NCBI GenBank assembly: GCA_023334545.1
Contig: JAADVB010000044.1
Span: forward strand, 33,102 to 97,101
DNA: 64,000 bases
Direction: 5' to 3'
From: Salisapilia sapeloensis CBS 127946
Lineage: Eukaryota > Protista > Oomycota
Below are positions 22,873 to 35,209 of this stretch, piece after piece; within the stretch, counting starts at the first letter, position 1; every line of letters begins with the position of its first letter. The position numbers and the translations under genes were made by a program. The notes below the pieces were generated by a model that did no database searches, was not told where the DNA came from, and saw only the letters and a program-made list of their open reading frames with translations.

Positions 22873-23117
22873 TTTCTTGGCTGAGAAACCGCGCTCGCGT
22901 TTTCTGTGGCAGATAAAGATCGGCAAGTGTATATAGTCAAATGGCGAGGTGAAAAGACGAGCTAATTGACAGAAATGGAGGACCTGTGGTGTTAAATTCG
23001 AGAAGAATGGAACGTATATTGGCAACGGGTGGGTCTAGCGTGGTTACGAAAAGAGATTGTACAGAATGCTACGAAATGATGAAACGACCACAAAAACAAT
23101 AAACACCAACGAAGCAA

Positions 23118-26100
23118 ATGTTCCGTCTGGATGCACCGTTGGAACCGGCGATTGCAGCCTACTGTGATCCAGAAGGAGAGGATGCGACGCAAAAGACGAG
23201 CTTAAACAATATTGTCATGCAGCTACATCGGAATGTACCGATGGAAAAGCTAGTGGAGAAGCTAGGACCTTATTTGACGCATGCTGACGGCCATGCTCGC
23301 CAACGAGCTACTTTATTACTTGCTGAAGTACTCCATCGACTCCCAGAATTGCCACTAAGCACCTCTGCTGCTGCACTATTGCTCAACTTCTTTACGGAGC
23401 GTCTACGCGATTTCCCTAGTGCCGATGCTTGTCTCCAAGCTCTGCTGGCTTTGGAGACGCATCATGCGAGTAAACTGCCTTCTCCAGCGTCTAGTCTTGA
23501 ATTAGTACACAAAGTCGTCACGTCTCTCCATGTACCACAGCTGGGCCAAGCCATGCGTAAGCAATGCTTTGAGCTGATGCAGGCAGCCGTCCAACGTCCA
23601 GAGGTGGTCAAGCTGTTGTTGACCGAAGGATCCGAGGCAGGAGATGGCAGCGAACCTGCTGACAGCCCTGGTAAGATGTTTGTCTTGGGCTTTTTGAACT
23701 CGATGGAGGGAGAGAAAGATCCGCGGAATCTGCTTCTGTGTCTCCAAGTGGCGCGAGAGCTCGCAACGCGTCTCGAGCCGGTGTTTGAGCGCCATGAAGA
23801 GCTAAGGCAGCAGTATTTTGATGTCATCTCGTGCTACTTCCCCATCACATTCACTCCGCCTCCAAACGATCCGTACGGGATCACGACGGAAGAGCTTATC
23901 CTATCCTTGCGTCGAGCCTTGGCCGCAAGTAGCCTCTTTGCCGCCTACGTCCTTCCGTTTTTACTAGAGAAATTGTCGTCGACACCAGTCATGGAAGCCA
24001 AATTAGATGCACTTCAGACGCTCGTGTTCTGTGGCGACAGCTACTCTGTCAGCTCGATGCTGCTACATCTAAATGCCATCACACAATCGCTGTACTATGA
24101 AGTCGTGAAAGGCGAGCAGAAAGAAGTGAATGAAGCTGCATGCGCTGCAATCTCTAGACTTACCACTACGATCGGTCGTGCGAAGAATAGAGGACATCAC
24201 GGTGGAAACTATGCGTGGAGCCAATTTGTTGTCAAGCTCGTCAGCCGTGCTTCAGCTGATCTAGACGATAATGCTGCCGACTCATTCGTCAGTACGTCTG
24301 CGGGCCGCACACTTGCAGCCGTTGCAAGTGACTCTGCGAGTGGCTTCCCTTATGTCGTAGATCAATGCATGTCCATGCTATTAGACAAGTTCGAAGCAAG
24401 CCAAAAACAGTCTGCATCTGCGTGTGAAGCGTCGTTGTCGAGAATTGCGCTGCTTGTAGACGCGATTGACCGAGATGTCGATCGTTCTGCTAGTGAACAG
24501 CCAATGCATTCACATGCTGAACGACTATTGTCTGTCCTCGACACTTTCTTACAAAGTGGTGAAGAGGTGCATAGTTCTTCTGGTGCCAAGTCTCTTGCAG
24601 TGGATGCTGTGAGTCATTTGATCACGTACCCTCCATCTCCTGTCGTATCTACATCTCAAGTACAGAACATTGTGCAGCTATTGACCAAACTGCTGCTTCT
24701 TGAACCAGCAAGTGACGTCCGACTTCATTGTCTCGTGAACCTCCAGGCGATTTCAAAGACACATGCCAACACTGGTGGAGATAAGTACGCTGAGTATGTG
24801 CAGGCGACGACGTTAGTCCAACTGATGGAAGTGATCCAACAAGCGCCGGACCATGACTCCACTCGGCAGATCTTGATGTGTTCCCGTCGATCGCACGAAG
24901 CGCTACAGAGCGACGTGTTGGACGCAACCACGTCTCTGTGTTCCGAGCCGAGTATCTTTCAAGCTGCCATCACGCGTCTCGTGTCCGTCACGTTGGATGG
25001 TGGAAACGGCCAAGCCTACTTTTTTCAAAGCCAAGAGGCAGATTCAGTCCTCCGTCGTCGCTTGAACAAGGTGCTGGCAGCAGTGGCTCAGATTGTCGAG
25101 AACGGATCGGAAGACAAGTCCAGCATGGAGTTCTGTGTGCGTGAAGGAGAGCACGGGTCCATCGTCCTGAAGCTCTTGTCCGCCATCTCCAGCACGACGT
25201 CGAGTGCAGCGGAGAAAGAGGAGGTTGTGGACGCCGCGAAGCTCGAGCCATGTGCTCGTATCTTCCGCACAGTCATGCAGAGTGTCGAGCCAGCATCGCA
25301 AGAAGTGCTGGCGAGTGCTGCCGTCGACAAGTTCCTTGCGTACCCGGTTGACGCGATGCAACCAGCTCATTTACAATTCGTGCCGCTCTTTTCTGCTGTC
25401 GTGAACTCTTGTCGACGAGGTGTCGTTTTGCCACATACGTCAGAAGTGATGAATCGACTGCTTGAACTCGCGCAAGCACACTCGTCGTCGGATAGTGTGA
25501 GCAAAGAGGCATCGTTGTCGGCTGCCAAGTCACTCGCGTCGATTGTGAACAAGATGGGCGACGGAGAAGAGTTTGATGCACTCATCCGACTCTTGTTGGA
25601 TACGAAGCTGTCCACGACGATTGCAGATGAAAGTGCGGATCATAACATGCGACTTGCAGCTCTCCAGATCTACGTCTGGGTGGCTAAGGCACTGGTCATT
25701 CGAGGCCACAAGACACATGCGCCAGCCTGTTTGCAATTCTTGTGTCGATTCGTGACACCAGCTAGTCCGGAGGAGACATCTTCCATCAGTATGGACGTCG
25801 CCAAGAGCTTCAAGCTGCTCCTGGTTGAGTACCCTGATGTACTTAACCGCAAGTGCGGCGCAGTCGTTACGGTATGTTCGCATATTCGAATGAAGTAGTG
25901 CTCGTCTACTAACATTTATTCTATGAACAGCTTCTCTACAGCCAACGGACGTTTGGCTTTGTATTCCCACCTCTCCTCGAGTACGTGCGTAGTAGAAAAG
26001 TAGATGAATGTGTTCCTGCTCTCGTCGCGTTCTCCCACGTCATCGCGCAGTCGCCGAAAGCAGCCTACTTGCCTCAATTGCCAAGCATCTTCCCGCTACT

Positions 26101-26488
26101 TGTGCATGCTATTAACACAGATAAGGAAGAGCTGCGTGACCCGGCCGTCCATGCGTTCAAGATCTTGCTATTCGAAAGCGTCGACAGTGCTAAGCCATTC
26201 TTGAAAGACATCTTCCCTGGCCTCCTCCTACAGGCCCAACAAGGGTACCTTGTATCATGTATTTAGCTGCGAGAAAAGAGATTAATGGTGTTGTATGTCC
26301 ATAGGGGAAGTGCATTGGCGCGACATGAAGCTCTGCAGTGTGTCTCGAAGCTTGCTTCGATCCCGTATGAACTCGTGCATCCGTACAAGGTGGACATTCT
26401 CAAGAACTTGCTCAAGTGTTTGGATGATCGGAAGCGATTCGTACGTCGAGAAGCGGTGCGTGTACGCAACCAGTGGAGCGTACTATAA
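23118..26488 (+). CDS. MMS19: MMS19 cytosolic Fe-S assembly targeting factor, spliced
   Basis: MEGEKDPRNLL, YFDVISCYFPITFTPPPNDPYGIT, C-terminal CLDDRKRFVRREAVRVRNQW. Confidence 0.93.
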
Positions 26489-26539
26489 GATACAAATGGA
26501 AATGACCTGAAGAAGACCGTGTCGAGTGTATTGTTCACG

Positions 26540-27405
26540 TTAGACGACAGTGAGATCTTGCTCCTTGGCCTCCAGGAGATTGTTAATGTCGCCAATGGCT
26601 TCGTCCGTTAGTACTTGGATTTGATCCACTACTCGCTTAATGTCATCTTCCGACACTTCCTTCTTCATCGCTCGGGCTTCGTTCATAGAATCCTGTCGAG
26701 CTCGACGGACGTGCTGTCGAGCCTGTTCCCCATGCTTCCGAACTGCCTTGAGTAGATCCTTACGAGTCTCCATGGACATTCTAGTCGGGTACTGTAAGCG
26801 CGTTTATATATATGTGGAGTGAGTGTTTAAATGGTACTTTGGGAAGGTGATGTGGAGCGCCTGACCGTCCTCTCGGATCTGGTAGACTGGATTCACGCCT
26901 GCTACAGCATCCTTTACGTCCGATGCGAGCTATTTGCAGGATAGAACTAGCTAAATAGGATAGTCAAGTGCAATGGGATGAGGAATATCCTTACGGATGG
27001 ATCATAAGGCGTGATGCTGAGTGCGTGGGAGCTTTGGACAGCTACTTGGGCGACTTGGGGCAATGGCACGTGCTCTCCGTAGGCCGGAATACGAAGATCG
27101 TCAAAGATACCGGCGTCGGCTTTACCAGGTCGCATCTGGGAAAGAGCGCGATTGAGGTTTTGCACTCCGCCTTGCATATTCCGACGCGTTTGGGCTAATT
27201 GCGCTTGGAATTGCGCTTCGAGTTCATCGTCGGCATCGGCCTTGAAGTCGAATTCATCTACGGATTCTGGCGGTGCCGGGTGCGTCGGTGGCTTTTTGTT
27301 CTTGCCTTTACCAGCCTTCTTGGCAAAGAAGCGAACATTGCTAAAGGAATATGTCGCTCGACCACCACTTGTCGAGACACGAGAAGCTAATAAACGTAGG
27401 GCCAT
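26540..27405 (-). CDS. MRRF: Mitochondrial ribosome recycling factor, spliced
   Basis: Arg/Ser-rich presequence MALRLLASRVS; LSQMRPGKADAGIFD, PLPQVAQV, last exon SMETRKDLLKAVRKHGEQARQHVRRARQD...AKEQDL. Confidence 0.88.
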
Positions 27406-27509
27406 GTTGGATCGATTTCGAATGTTTTCTTGATATGTGGAATTTAGTGCTGGTCTATTTTGTTTATCGTCCAGAGCTAAATTGACGCGCACATCGACCA
27501 CGCGAGGTG

Positions 27510-28331
27510 ATGGTCAAGACGTACTCGCTATCGCAGCGCCTTGTGCGTGTACTGCAGACTTCGTATCGAGAAATGGACTGGTGGATGTTGCAGAATATGC
27601 CTGGTTTACCCAACACACCCGAGAAGAATGCTCGATTGAAAGAACCTCGCGTCGTGGATCTATGGGAACTCACGTGGCGTGATCATGTACGCAAATTGCA
27701 AGAGGCATGGGCAGATTACAAAGCGTCTTTTCAGGTTTATGACAAAGTAGACTTGCAAAAAGGAGCCGAGGAGCTGCGAGAAGCTGCGAAACAGTTTGGT
27801 GGTGATGTGCAGTCGAATGCTCGATCGAATATCAAGTACTTGGAAAAGGAGCTAGATGGGACGCAGTTACTTCAAAACGTTCATTACATCCGATCGACTG
27901 CTGGTAAAAACCTTGATTTCATCGCACAAGAAGCAAAACATGCGGGGGAAGAAGTGGACCCAGAGCAATTACGACAGAACGTGCAAGAGGCATTGCAAAG
28001 TGTCAAAAGCCAGGACGATGTCCAGACGACAGTGACGAAAAACCTATCTCAGCTACGTGAACTCGCGGAATCAACTCGAGACGCTGCCTTATCCATGGAA
28101 AAAGAAGACGTCGAACAGCTTAAAGGCGACGCGCAGTCGTGGTTGGCGGATAAACTTGTCGTGGGCCAAACGGTTCTCGTGGGTTTTATCGATGGGTACA
28201 AAGAAGGCAAGCAACTTGAACTTACTCGCGAGAACCCTCTACTAGTAGATTTCGTCAAAGACACTGCACAACAGCAGTCGGATCGTTTACATGACTTTAT
28301 AGCGTCCCAACGCAGTAAGAAATCGGAATGA
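27510..28331 (+). CDS. Hypothetical helical/coiled-coil protein, possibly mitochondrial
   Basis: Uninterrupted 273-aa ORF with protein-like composition, head-to-head with RRF; no family recognised with confidence. Confidence 0.65.
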   Translation: MVKTYSLSQRLVRVLQTSYREMDWWMLQNMPGLPNTPEKNARLKEPRVVDLWELTWRDHVRKLQEAWADYKASFQVYDKVDLQKGAEELREAAKQFGGDVQSNARSNIKYLEKELDGTQLLQNVHYIRSTAGKNLDFIAQEAKHAGEEVDPEQLRQNVQEALQSVKSQDDVQTTVTKNLSQLRELAESTRDAALSMEKEDVEQLKGDAQSWLADKLVVGQTVLVGFIDGYKEGKQLELTRENPLLVDFVKDTAQQQSDRLHDFIASQRSKKSE

Positions 28332-28420
28332 TGTAATCCTTCTTCCTTGCTGCGACCGTTGACAGATACGACTTGAAGATCGTATGGTGTTTTTTTATAA
28401 GCGACTCTAGTTCATATCCA

Positions 28421-28433
28421 CTCATTTCCACTT
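28421..28433 (+). promoter_or_regulatory. Oomycete Inr-like core promoter element of eEF2
   Basis: CTCATTTCCACTT resembles the oomycete Inr/FPR (TCATTYYNCAWTT), followed by a pyrimidine-rich leader about 130 nt before the ATG. Confidence 0.45.
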
Positions 28434-28552
28434 GTCTCCAGCGCGGATCTGCCACTTCCTCTTTTTCCCTCCAAGCGAGAAACAGGAAAACACCGTCTTC
28501 AAGTCTTCGTTTCTTCCCCTCCTTTGCAACCGCCTTTGAAACTCTAGTCAAC

Positions 28553-31135
28553 ATGGTTAACTTTACCGTCGAGCAGATGCGTGAGATCATGGATCAAACG
28601 CGGAACATCCGTAACATGTCCGTGATTGCCCACGTCGACCACGGCAAGTCTACGCTTACGGACTCGCTTGTGTCCAAGGCCGGTATCATTGCCGCCAAGA
28701 ACGCCGGTGAAGCTCGTTTCACCGATACGCGTGCGGATGAGCAAGAGCGATGCATTACCATCAAGTCCACCGGTATCTCGATGTTCTTCGAGTACGATAT
28801 GGACGCTGGTGAGCAAGCTATTGCCAAGAAGGTTGCCAAGGAAGAAGAGGTCAGCGAGGCTGGTGAGGTCAAGGAGCTCGAGATTTCCAAGAACTCGTAC
28901 CTTATCAACCTTATCGACTCGCCTGGTCACGTTGACTTTTCGTCGGAAGTGACGGCTGCCCTACGTGTCACGGACGGTGCCCTTGTGGTCGTTGACTGCA
29001 TTGACGGTGTCTGTGTCCAGACCGAGACGGTGCTTCGTCAGGCCATTGGTGAGCGTGTCAAGCCTGTGCTCATGATGAACAAGGTCGACCGTGCTCTTCT
29101 TGAGCTCCAGCTTGGCCCGGAAGAGTGCTACCAGTCCTTCTCCCGTGCCATTGAGTCCGTCAACGTCATCATTGCGACGTACAACGACGACAAGCTCGGT
29201 GACGTCCAGGTCTACCCGGAGGAGGGTACGGTTGCCTTCGGTTCTGGTCTCCACCAGTGGGGTTTCACGCTCAAGCGTTTCGCCCGTATCTACGCTAAGA
29301 AGTTCGGCATTGAAGAATCCAAGATGATGCAGAAGCTCTGGGGTGACTGGTACTTCGACGCTGCCAACAAGAAGTGGACGTCCAAGAACAACGCCGAGGG
29401 TACCCTCAAGCGTGCTTTCTGTCAGTTCATCATGGACCCGATCATCAAGATGTTCGACGCTATCATGAACGACAAGAAGGCCAAGATCGAGAAGATGATG
29501 AAGGCCGTCGGTGTTGAGCTCAAGTCTGACGAGCGTGACCTTGTCGGCAAGCCGCTCCTCAAGACCACCATGCAGCGCTGGTTGCCGGCCGCTGACGCCG
29601 TTCTTGAGATGATCGTCGTTCACTTGCCGTCCCCGGTTGCCGCTCAGCGTTACCGTGTGGACAACCTGTACGAAGGTCCTCTTGATGACGAGTGTGCTAA
29701 CGCCATTCGTAACTGTGACGTCAACGGACCTCTTGTCATGTACGTGTCCAAGATGATCCCGACGTCCGACAAGGGCCGCTTCTACGGTTTCGGACGTGTC
29801 TTCGCCGGTAAGATTGCCACTGGCCAGAAGGTTCGTCTCCTCGGCCCCAACTACGTTCCGGGCAAGAAGACCGACTTGTGGGTCAAGAACATCCAGCGTA
29901 CGCTTATCATGATGGGCCGTTACGTTGAGCAGACGCCTGACATCCCGGCCGGTAACACGTGTGGTCTCGTCGGTGTCGACCAGTACCTGCTCAAGTCTGG
30001 TACGATCACGACGTCTGAGACTGGTCACAGCATCCGTACGATGAAGTTCTCTGTGTCGCCGGTTGTCCGTGTCGCCGTTGAGCCGAAGACTGCTCAGGAC
30101 CTGCCCAAGCTTGTGGAAGGTATGAAGCGTCTTTCCAAGTCTGACCCCATGGTTCTGTGTTACACGGAAGAGTCTGGTGAGCACATTATCGCCGGTGCCG
30201 GTGAACTCCACTTGGAGATCTGTCTGAAGGATCTTCAGGAAGAGTACATGGGTTCGGAGGTTAAGATCTCTGACCCGGTTGTTGCCTACCGTGAGACGAT
30301 TACGGGCGAGACGTCCATGACGATGCTCTCCAAGTCGCCGAACAAGCACAACCGTCTCTTCTGCGTTGCCTCCCCGCTGTCGGAGGACCTCGTGAACGAG
30401 ATTGAAGAAGGCAAGGTCGAGGTCGGTGCTCGTTACGATATGAAGCTCCGAGCTCGTTACCTCGCGGACAACCACGAGTGGGACGTGACGGACGCTCGTA
30501 AGATCTGGGGTTACGCTCCGGATGGCACGGGACCCAACATCTTCGTCGACCAGACCAAGGGTATTTCCTACTTGAACGAAATCAAGGAGTCTGTCCTCGG
30601 CGGATTCAACTGGGCCACCAAGGACGGTGTTCTCTGTGAGGAGTACGTCCAGGGCATGCGCATCAACCTCTTGGACTGTGTGCTCCACGCCGATGCCATT
30701 CACCGTGGTATGGGTCAGATCATGCCGACTGCCCGTCGTGTCACGTACGCGTGCCAGTTGACGGCCTCCCCTGCTCTTATGGAGCCGGTGTTCCTTGTGG
30801 ACATTTCGTGCCCGCAGGACGCCATGGGTGGCTGCTACGGTGTGCTCACGCGTCGCCGTGGCCACGTCTTCTCGGAGGAGCAGCGCCCGGGTACCCCGAT
30901 GGTGCAGCTCAAGGCCTACTTGCCTGTGAACGAGTCGTTCGGATTCACCGCTGCTCTTCGTCAGGACACGGGTGGCAAGGCCTTCCCGCAGTCTGTGTTC
31001 GATCACTTCCAGCCTGTGGCCGGTGACCCGATGGACGCTAACTCGATGGCTGGCAAGCTTGTCAACCAGGTGCGTCTCCGTAAGGGTCTCGCTCCGGAGC
31101 TTCCGCCGCTCGACCGTTTCTACGACAAGCTCTAA
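28553..31135 (+). CDS. EEF2: Eukaryotic translation elongation factor 2
   Basis: [38 protein letters not shown], diphthamide loop HADAIHRG; strong codon bias; intronless. Confidence 0.99.
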   Translation: MVNFTVEQMREIMDQTRNIRNMSVIAHVDHGKSTLTDSLVSKAGIIAAKNAGEARFTDTRADEQERCITIKSTGISMFFEYDMDAGEQAIAKKVAKEEEVSEAGEVKELEISKNSYLINLIDSPGHVDFSSEVTAALRVTDGALVVVDCIDGVCVQTETVLRQAIGERVKPVLMMNKVDRALLELQLGPEECYQSFSRAIESVNVIIATYNDDKLGDVQVYPEEGTVAFGSGLHQWGFTLKRFARIYAKKFGIEESKMMQKLWGDWYFDAANKKWTSKNNAEGTLKRAFCQFIMDPIIKMFDAIMNDKKAKIEKMMKAVGVELKSDERDLVGKPLLKTTMQRWLPAADAVLEMIVVHLPSPVAAQRYRVDNLYEGPLDDECANAIRNCDVNGPLVMYVSKMIPTSDKGRFYGFGRVFAGKIATGQKVRLLGPNYVPGKKTDLWVKNIQRTLIMMGRYVEQTPDIPAGNTCGLVGVDQYLLKSGTITTSETGHSIRTMKFSVSPVVRVAVEPKTAQDLPKLVEGMKRLSKSDPMVLCYTEESGEHIIAGAGELHLEICLKDLQEEYMGSEVKISDPVVAYRETITGETSMTMLSKSPNKHNRLFCVASPLSEDLVNEIEEGKVEVGARYDMKLRARYLADNHEWDVTDARKIWGYAPDGTGPNIFVDQTKGISYLNEIKESVLGGFNWATKDGVLCEEYVQGMRINLLDCVLHADAIHRGMGQIMPTARRVTYACQLTASPALMEPVFLVDISCPQDAMGGCYGVLTRRRGHVFSEEQRPGTPMVQLKAYLPVNESFGFTAALRQDTGGKAFPQSVFDHFQPVAGDPMDANSMAGKLVNQVRLRKGLAPELPPLDRFYDKL

Positions 31136-31296
31136 GCAACAAAACTTTCATTTTAACTCTCCAGTTTGGAGATCATCTCCCGCGTGTCGATGGATCTGCT
31201 GGATGGGAGGGCACAATGGAGTATGTGTTAGCTTTAACGGGAATAAAAGAAGAAAACCATCGCTTTGTATTCGATGCCAAATTGCCAGTTTATCAT

Positions 31297-33800
31297 TTAT
31301 GCGTTCTCTAGCTCCATAGTTGTATGGAAATTGCTCAATCTTTTTGGTGAAAGGTTCATGGGGTACCAGGGTGATGGAGCTGTTGAAGGAAAGTCATCTG
31401 GTGGGAAAGCATCTTCTAGATATCATGACGTCATCTTCTTTCTGATTTCTTTGACGCCATCGTGTTCTGTTTTGTCTTGCTGGTCAGTTTCAGCCAGTAG
31501 ATTGGAGTTCTGGTGGGGAACGCTCGCAAGAAACCTCGTCGAAGATAGATGATCGACTGGATATGCAACCATGTATAGATTTATTTATATAGAAACCTGG
31601 ATGCTAATCGCGAGCACCATAAAAGTGTGCGTTATGGTAACGAGGATGTATCTCATCAAGTATCCGTGGATTCTGCTTTGTAGATTTGTTGGCGTAGGAA
31701 TTGGGAAGCTAGTCGATTGAAGTGCATCTATGCAATGCAGTTGACTAACTAGACGAGATGCCAAAGCTGTATCGCTCGTACAGATATCAAATTAGAGGTG
31801 CCAAGGGGGATAAAGTAGTCAGATGGACAAGAAGAGTAAGAAGCCGTGTTTGCGTTGAGTATCGATTCAGCATAATTGTGATATCATAGTTTGTAGTTCT
31901 ATTCATGATAATCGAATCGACAAACTCTGCACTCGTTGAGAATAGCCGGTTTTGCTTTACCACTTGCCATTGGAAACCTAACGTATCACTTCAATTTATC
32001 TTTCTCCCATTTTATCGATTGCATGAGCGAGTGCTCTGTACTACCAACGGAGATGCACATTCATTTCCTTGGTCTATATCTGTCATCGTCTTGGATGCAA
32101 TCATGAGAAATCGATCTTCGGGAAGCCTTCAAGCCACGCCTGGTGCTCGAAGTGTGCACATTTGAAAAAGCGCGCGAAAGACTTGGTGAGCTCTTTGCTT
32201 TACTTGCGCTAGTGAGCTCTTCGCTACTATTTCGGAACAGGCATAGTACAGTGGTGGGCGAAATAATTGAGCGATATTTGTGACTCGCACTGTACTCCGT
32301 CCCACTGAAATGGCGAAGAGCTCAATAGCGCAAGTGAATCGAATGCAGCTTCAATCTTAATGATTTCCGACGATCAACTACGATATACACCGTGCTATTT
32401 CCCGTCAAAGCTTGACCGAGGGGTGGACGATATACGTGAATAGGCATGGGAAGTAAAGTAGCGATGTAAGAGTAGGACGACCCGCCAAAGACTTGGACAT
32501 TGACTTTTATCACAGTTTCTGAATGTTTGCTCATATAAAGCCTTGAATGACTTGCATTTTACACGAGTATCCGCTCAACACGGTCTGAGAGGTTTTCGCT
32601 AAAGGGATTATTTTGAAGGAAGATGAGACAGTTGAATTGCTGCATCAAATAGATTATTTGTTGTCTAATATGAGCAGAGCGGTGGTGGTAAAGTATATAC
32701 ACACTGTTGATCTCGTTGATATGGTCACCACAGCTTGATTGAAAGCAATAGGCGGATACCTGTCGGAGCAATATTTGATATCAATTCCAACTAGACTAAA
32801 ACGAATCTGTACACAACTATTTGTTAGGCTGCGAATTACTTGTTTGCTATTCTGTTGCTTGCTTTAGATCTTAGATACCTGCCTTGTACATTCTGTGACT
32901 TGTGGTTATATTTCTGAAAGTGATCATTATAAGCATACGATGGCAAGCCTACCTTGTTAGTTTTGTTCCTTTTGCCTGAGAAGAAAGAAAGCCAAGCTGC
33001 AATGTCAAGAGTATAGACTCACAAAAGTTATACCTGTTAATTAGAAACTTTGAAAGACATGAAAGAGTACATTCCTTAGAGCGGTACCCCGATCCTGCAA
33101 TCTATGCCTACTACTTCGTAAAGTCTGATCCTACTCTCGCAATCTGCTTAAAGAAGCAGCTTTCGTAAAGCTACATGGAATCGATTCGTGTCCGCTCCAA
33201 TCGAGCTTTGCTTTGTATCCAAATTGAAATTTTCTAGTCGTGCGATAGTCACGAGTGTAGAAGTTTCTATTACCTCTCGATGCTCTTTCGTATCACATAT
33301 ACTGTTGCTTTGTTTCTTGCTATTCGCCTCCGTCGTCGCTTATAGTTGCAATGATATCATTTACGGTAAAATTCTTGCCTTTGCAAAAGACCTCCACAGC
33401 ACTTCCTACCTTTTTAATAGCTCATTTCTATTCTTATTCCTAGGCCCACATTGACTAAAAACCCTAGACCAGGGCTACTATCTCAATGATTGCTCTTACC
33501 ATCAGTCTGGACACTACCTTGGATCGAGTGACTCGATGTAGCCATTCGAGTCCAAGTGATACACAAGAATGTTTTGACAACGATGCTAATTTCATTGAAG
33601 GGCAAATCGATCATCGCAACCATAGTCTATCTAAATGCTAGCAGCAAGATATGCATCCACAAATCCCATCCGTACAATTTTCTTGTCGAAAGATAGCCAT
33701 CTTGATCATCGGTATAGTAGCCCGTCCAAACTATCGATGGAAAAACAATTAAGGTTGATTCCAATGCATACAAATCGACTACCAGTTCGTGAACATCTTT
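31297..33800 (-). pseudogene. Possible decayed or highly spliced gene remnant (IQ-like motif)
   Basis: Several 50-90 codon minus-strand frames broken by single stops; LQSRIHGYLMR at 31651-31683 resembles an IQ motif; 92-codon frame 31297-31572 with one internal TGA. Confidence 0.25.
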
Positions 33801-33870
33801 GTTACTTTTGACTTCACTTGAGTATATCAAGGTTTCGCTTCTCGAGAGAACACGGTGACGTTGCGTAAGA

Positions 33871-35138
33871 ATGACCGACTTGTTCAAGGCTGTGAAGACG
33901 AGGGATGCCAAGCGCGTGCAGGAGCTACTGCAAGATCCTGCCGTCGCATCGAGTGTAAATACGCTTCACCCGACTAAAAAACTGTCTCCTCTCATGAGAG
34001 CATGCAAATCGAGTCCATCCAAAGAAATCATTCGCTCCTTGCTAAACGCAGGTGCTGACCCGAATCTAACGGACGAGAGTCGTCATCGCAATACAGCACT
34101 ACACTATGCCTGTCGCTGTAATGCGATGGAGGCGATCGAAGCTCTGCTTGACGGTGGAGCTAGCCCTTTCGTGCTCAATGCTAAAGGGCATAGCCCCACG
34201 GATGCCGCTCGACTTGTCGGACTATGGCAGGCGGCTACTGCTGCCAGTCGTCCAACTTTCTGCTACGGAGCCTGGGTAACTATCCGATACGGCCGACTGT
34301 TGTACTCTTGGAAACGTCGTTGGTGCGCTCTCCATCGGACGCAGATGGCCGACATGCCCTACGAGCTCATTGTGTACACCGGACCATCGCAAGGTCCGAT
34401 TAAAGATCTTGTGTTTATTCCGTCCGATGCCAAGTTGCTCAAAGAAGAAGTTGAGTCGGAAGATGCGCGTAAAAGCCGTCCGGTTGCTAGTTTCTCTCGT
34501 CCTGCAGTGTGGATAAACCCCATGGATCAGCACTTTTCAAGAGATTCGACGGTCACTCAACGGGGTAGCTCCAAAGACTTTGTGTTCGCCGTCGAAACGA
34601 TCCCTGACCTTCGCGAATGGCTTGAAGCAATGAGAGCTGCAGGTCAAGCGGCAGCCCCGCTCGCTTCCATCGTTCAGACAACGAATCAAGAGGATCCACC
34701 GATGGTATCTATAACGTCAAATGGGCCCAAAAGTGGTGCAGACATGAGTAACCAGTCGCCACAGCCTTCTGCCCCACTTGCTGAAGCAGTCCACTCGTCA
34801 TCCATGGGCAATGTGCGTCAACAAGCACAACGTAGTGCACGTCCACCTCGAGCGACTAGTAGTGCTCCAGAGGTGCTAACGACAGCTTCTGTGCCTCGAC
34901 AGGTTCCTCCTCGTGGTGAATGCGTCGTATGCCTTGACGCGATGAGAAACGCTGTACGTCTTTACCCATGATATCCTAAAGTTATATAAACTCATGCAAC
35001 TCGATCTAGATCTGTCTCCCTTGTGGCCACATCGCTGGATGCTACACTTGTTTGACAGCTCTATCAGGTCACCATGAAAAGTCCTGTCCAATCTGTCGTC
35101 AACGACTTGAATCCGTCGCGCGTGTGTACGACTGCTAA
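33871..35138 (+). CDS. Ankyrin repeat + PH-like + C3HC4 RING E3 ubiquitin ligase (XBAT3-like architecture)
   Basis: SPLMRAC, NTALHYAC, GHSPTDAA ankyrins; SWKRRWCAL...DLREWLEAM PH-like; spliced RING CVVCLDAMRNAICLPCGHIAGCYTC...CPICR. Confidence 0.88.
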
Positions 35139-35209
35139 TCTCTTTTCCAAGCGTCGAAATCCAAATTGAAATGCATTTCCTTTAAAACCAAAAAGTCTAC
35201 CTGTTGTCT

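Noticed and set aside
28961-31006. 681-aa antisense ORF over eEF2
   Set aside because: Same shadow-ORF effect in a highly biased gene
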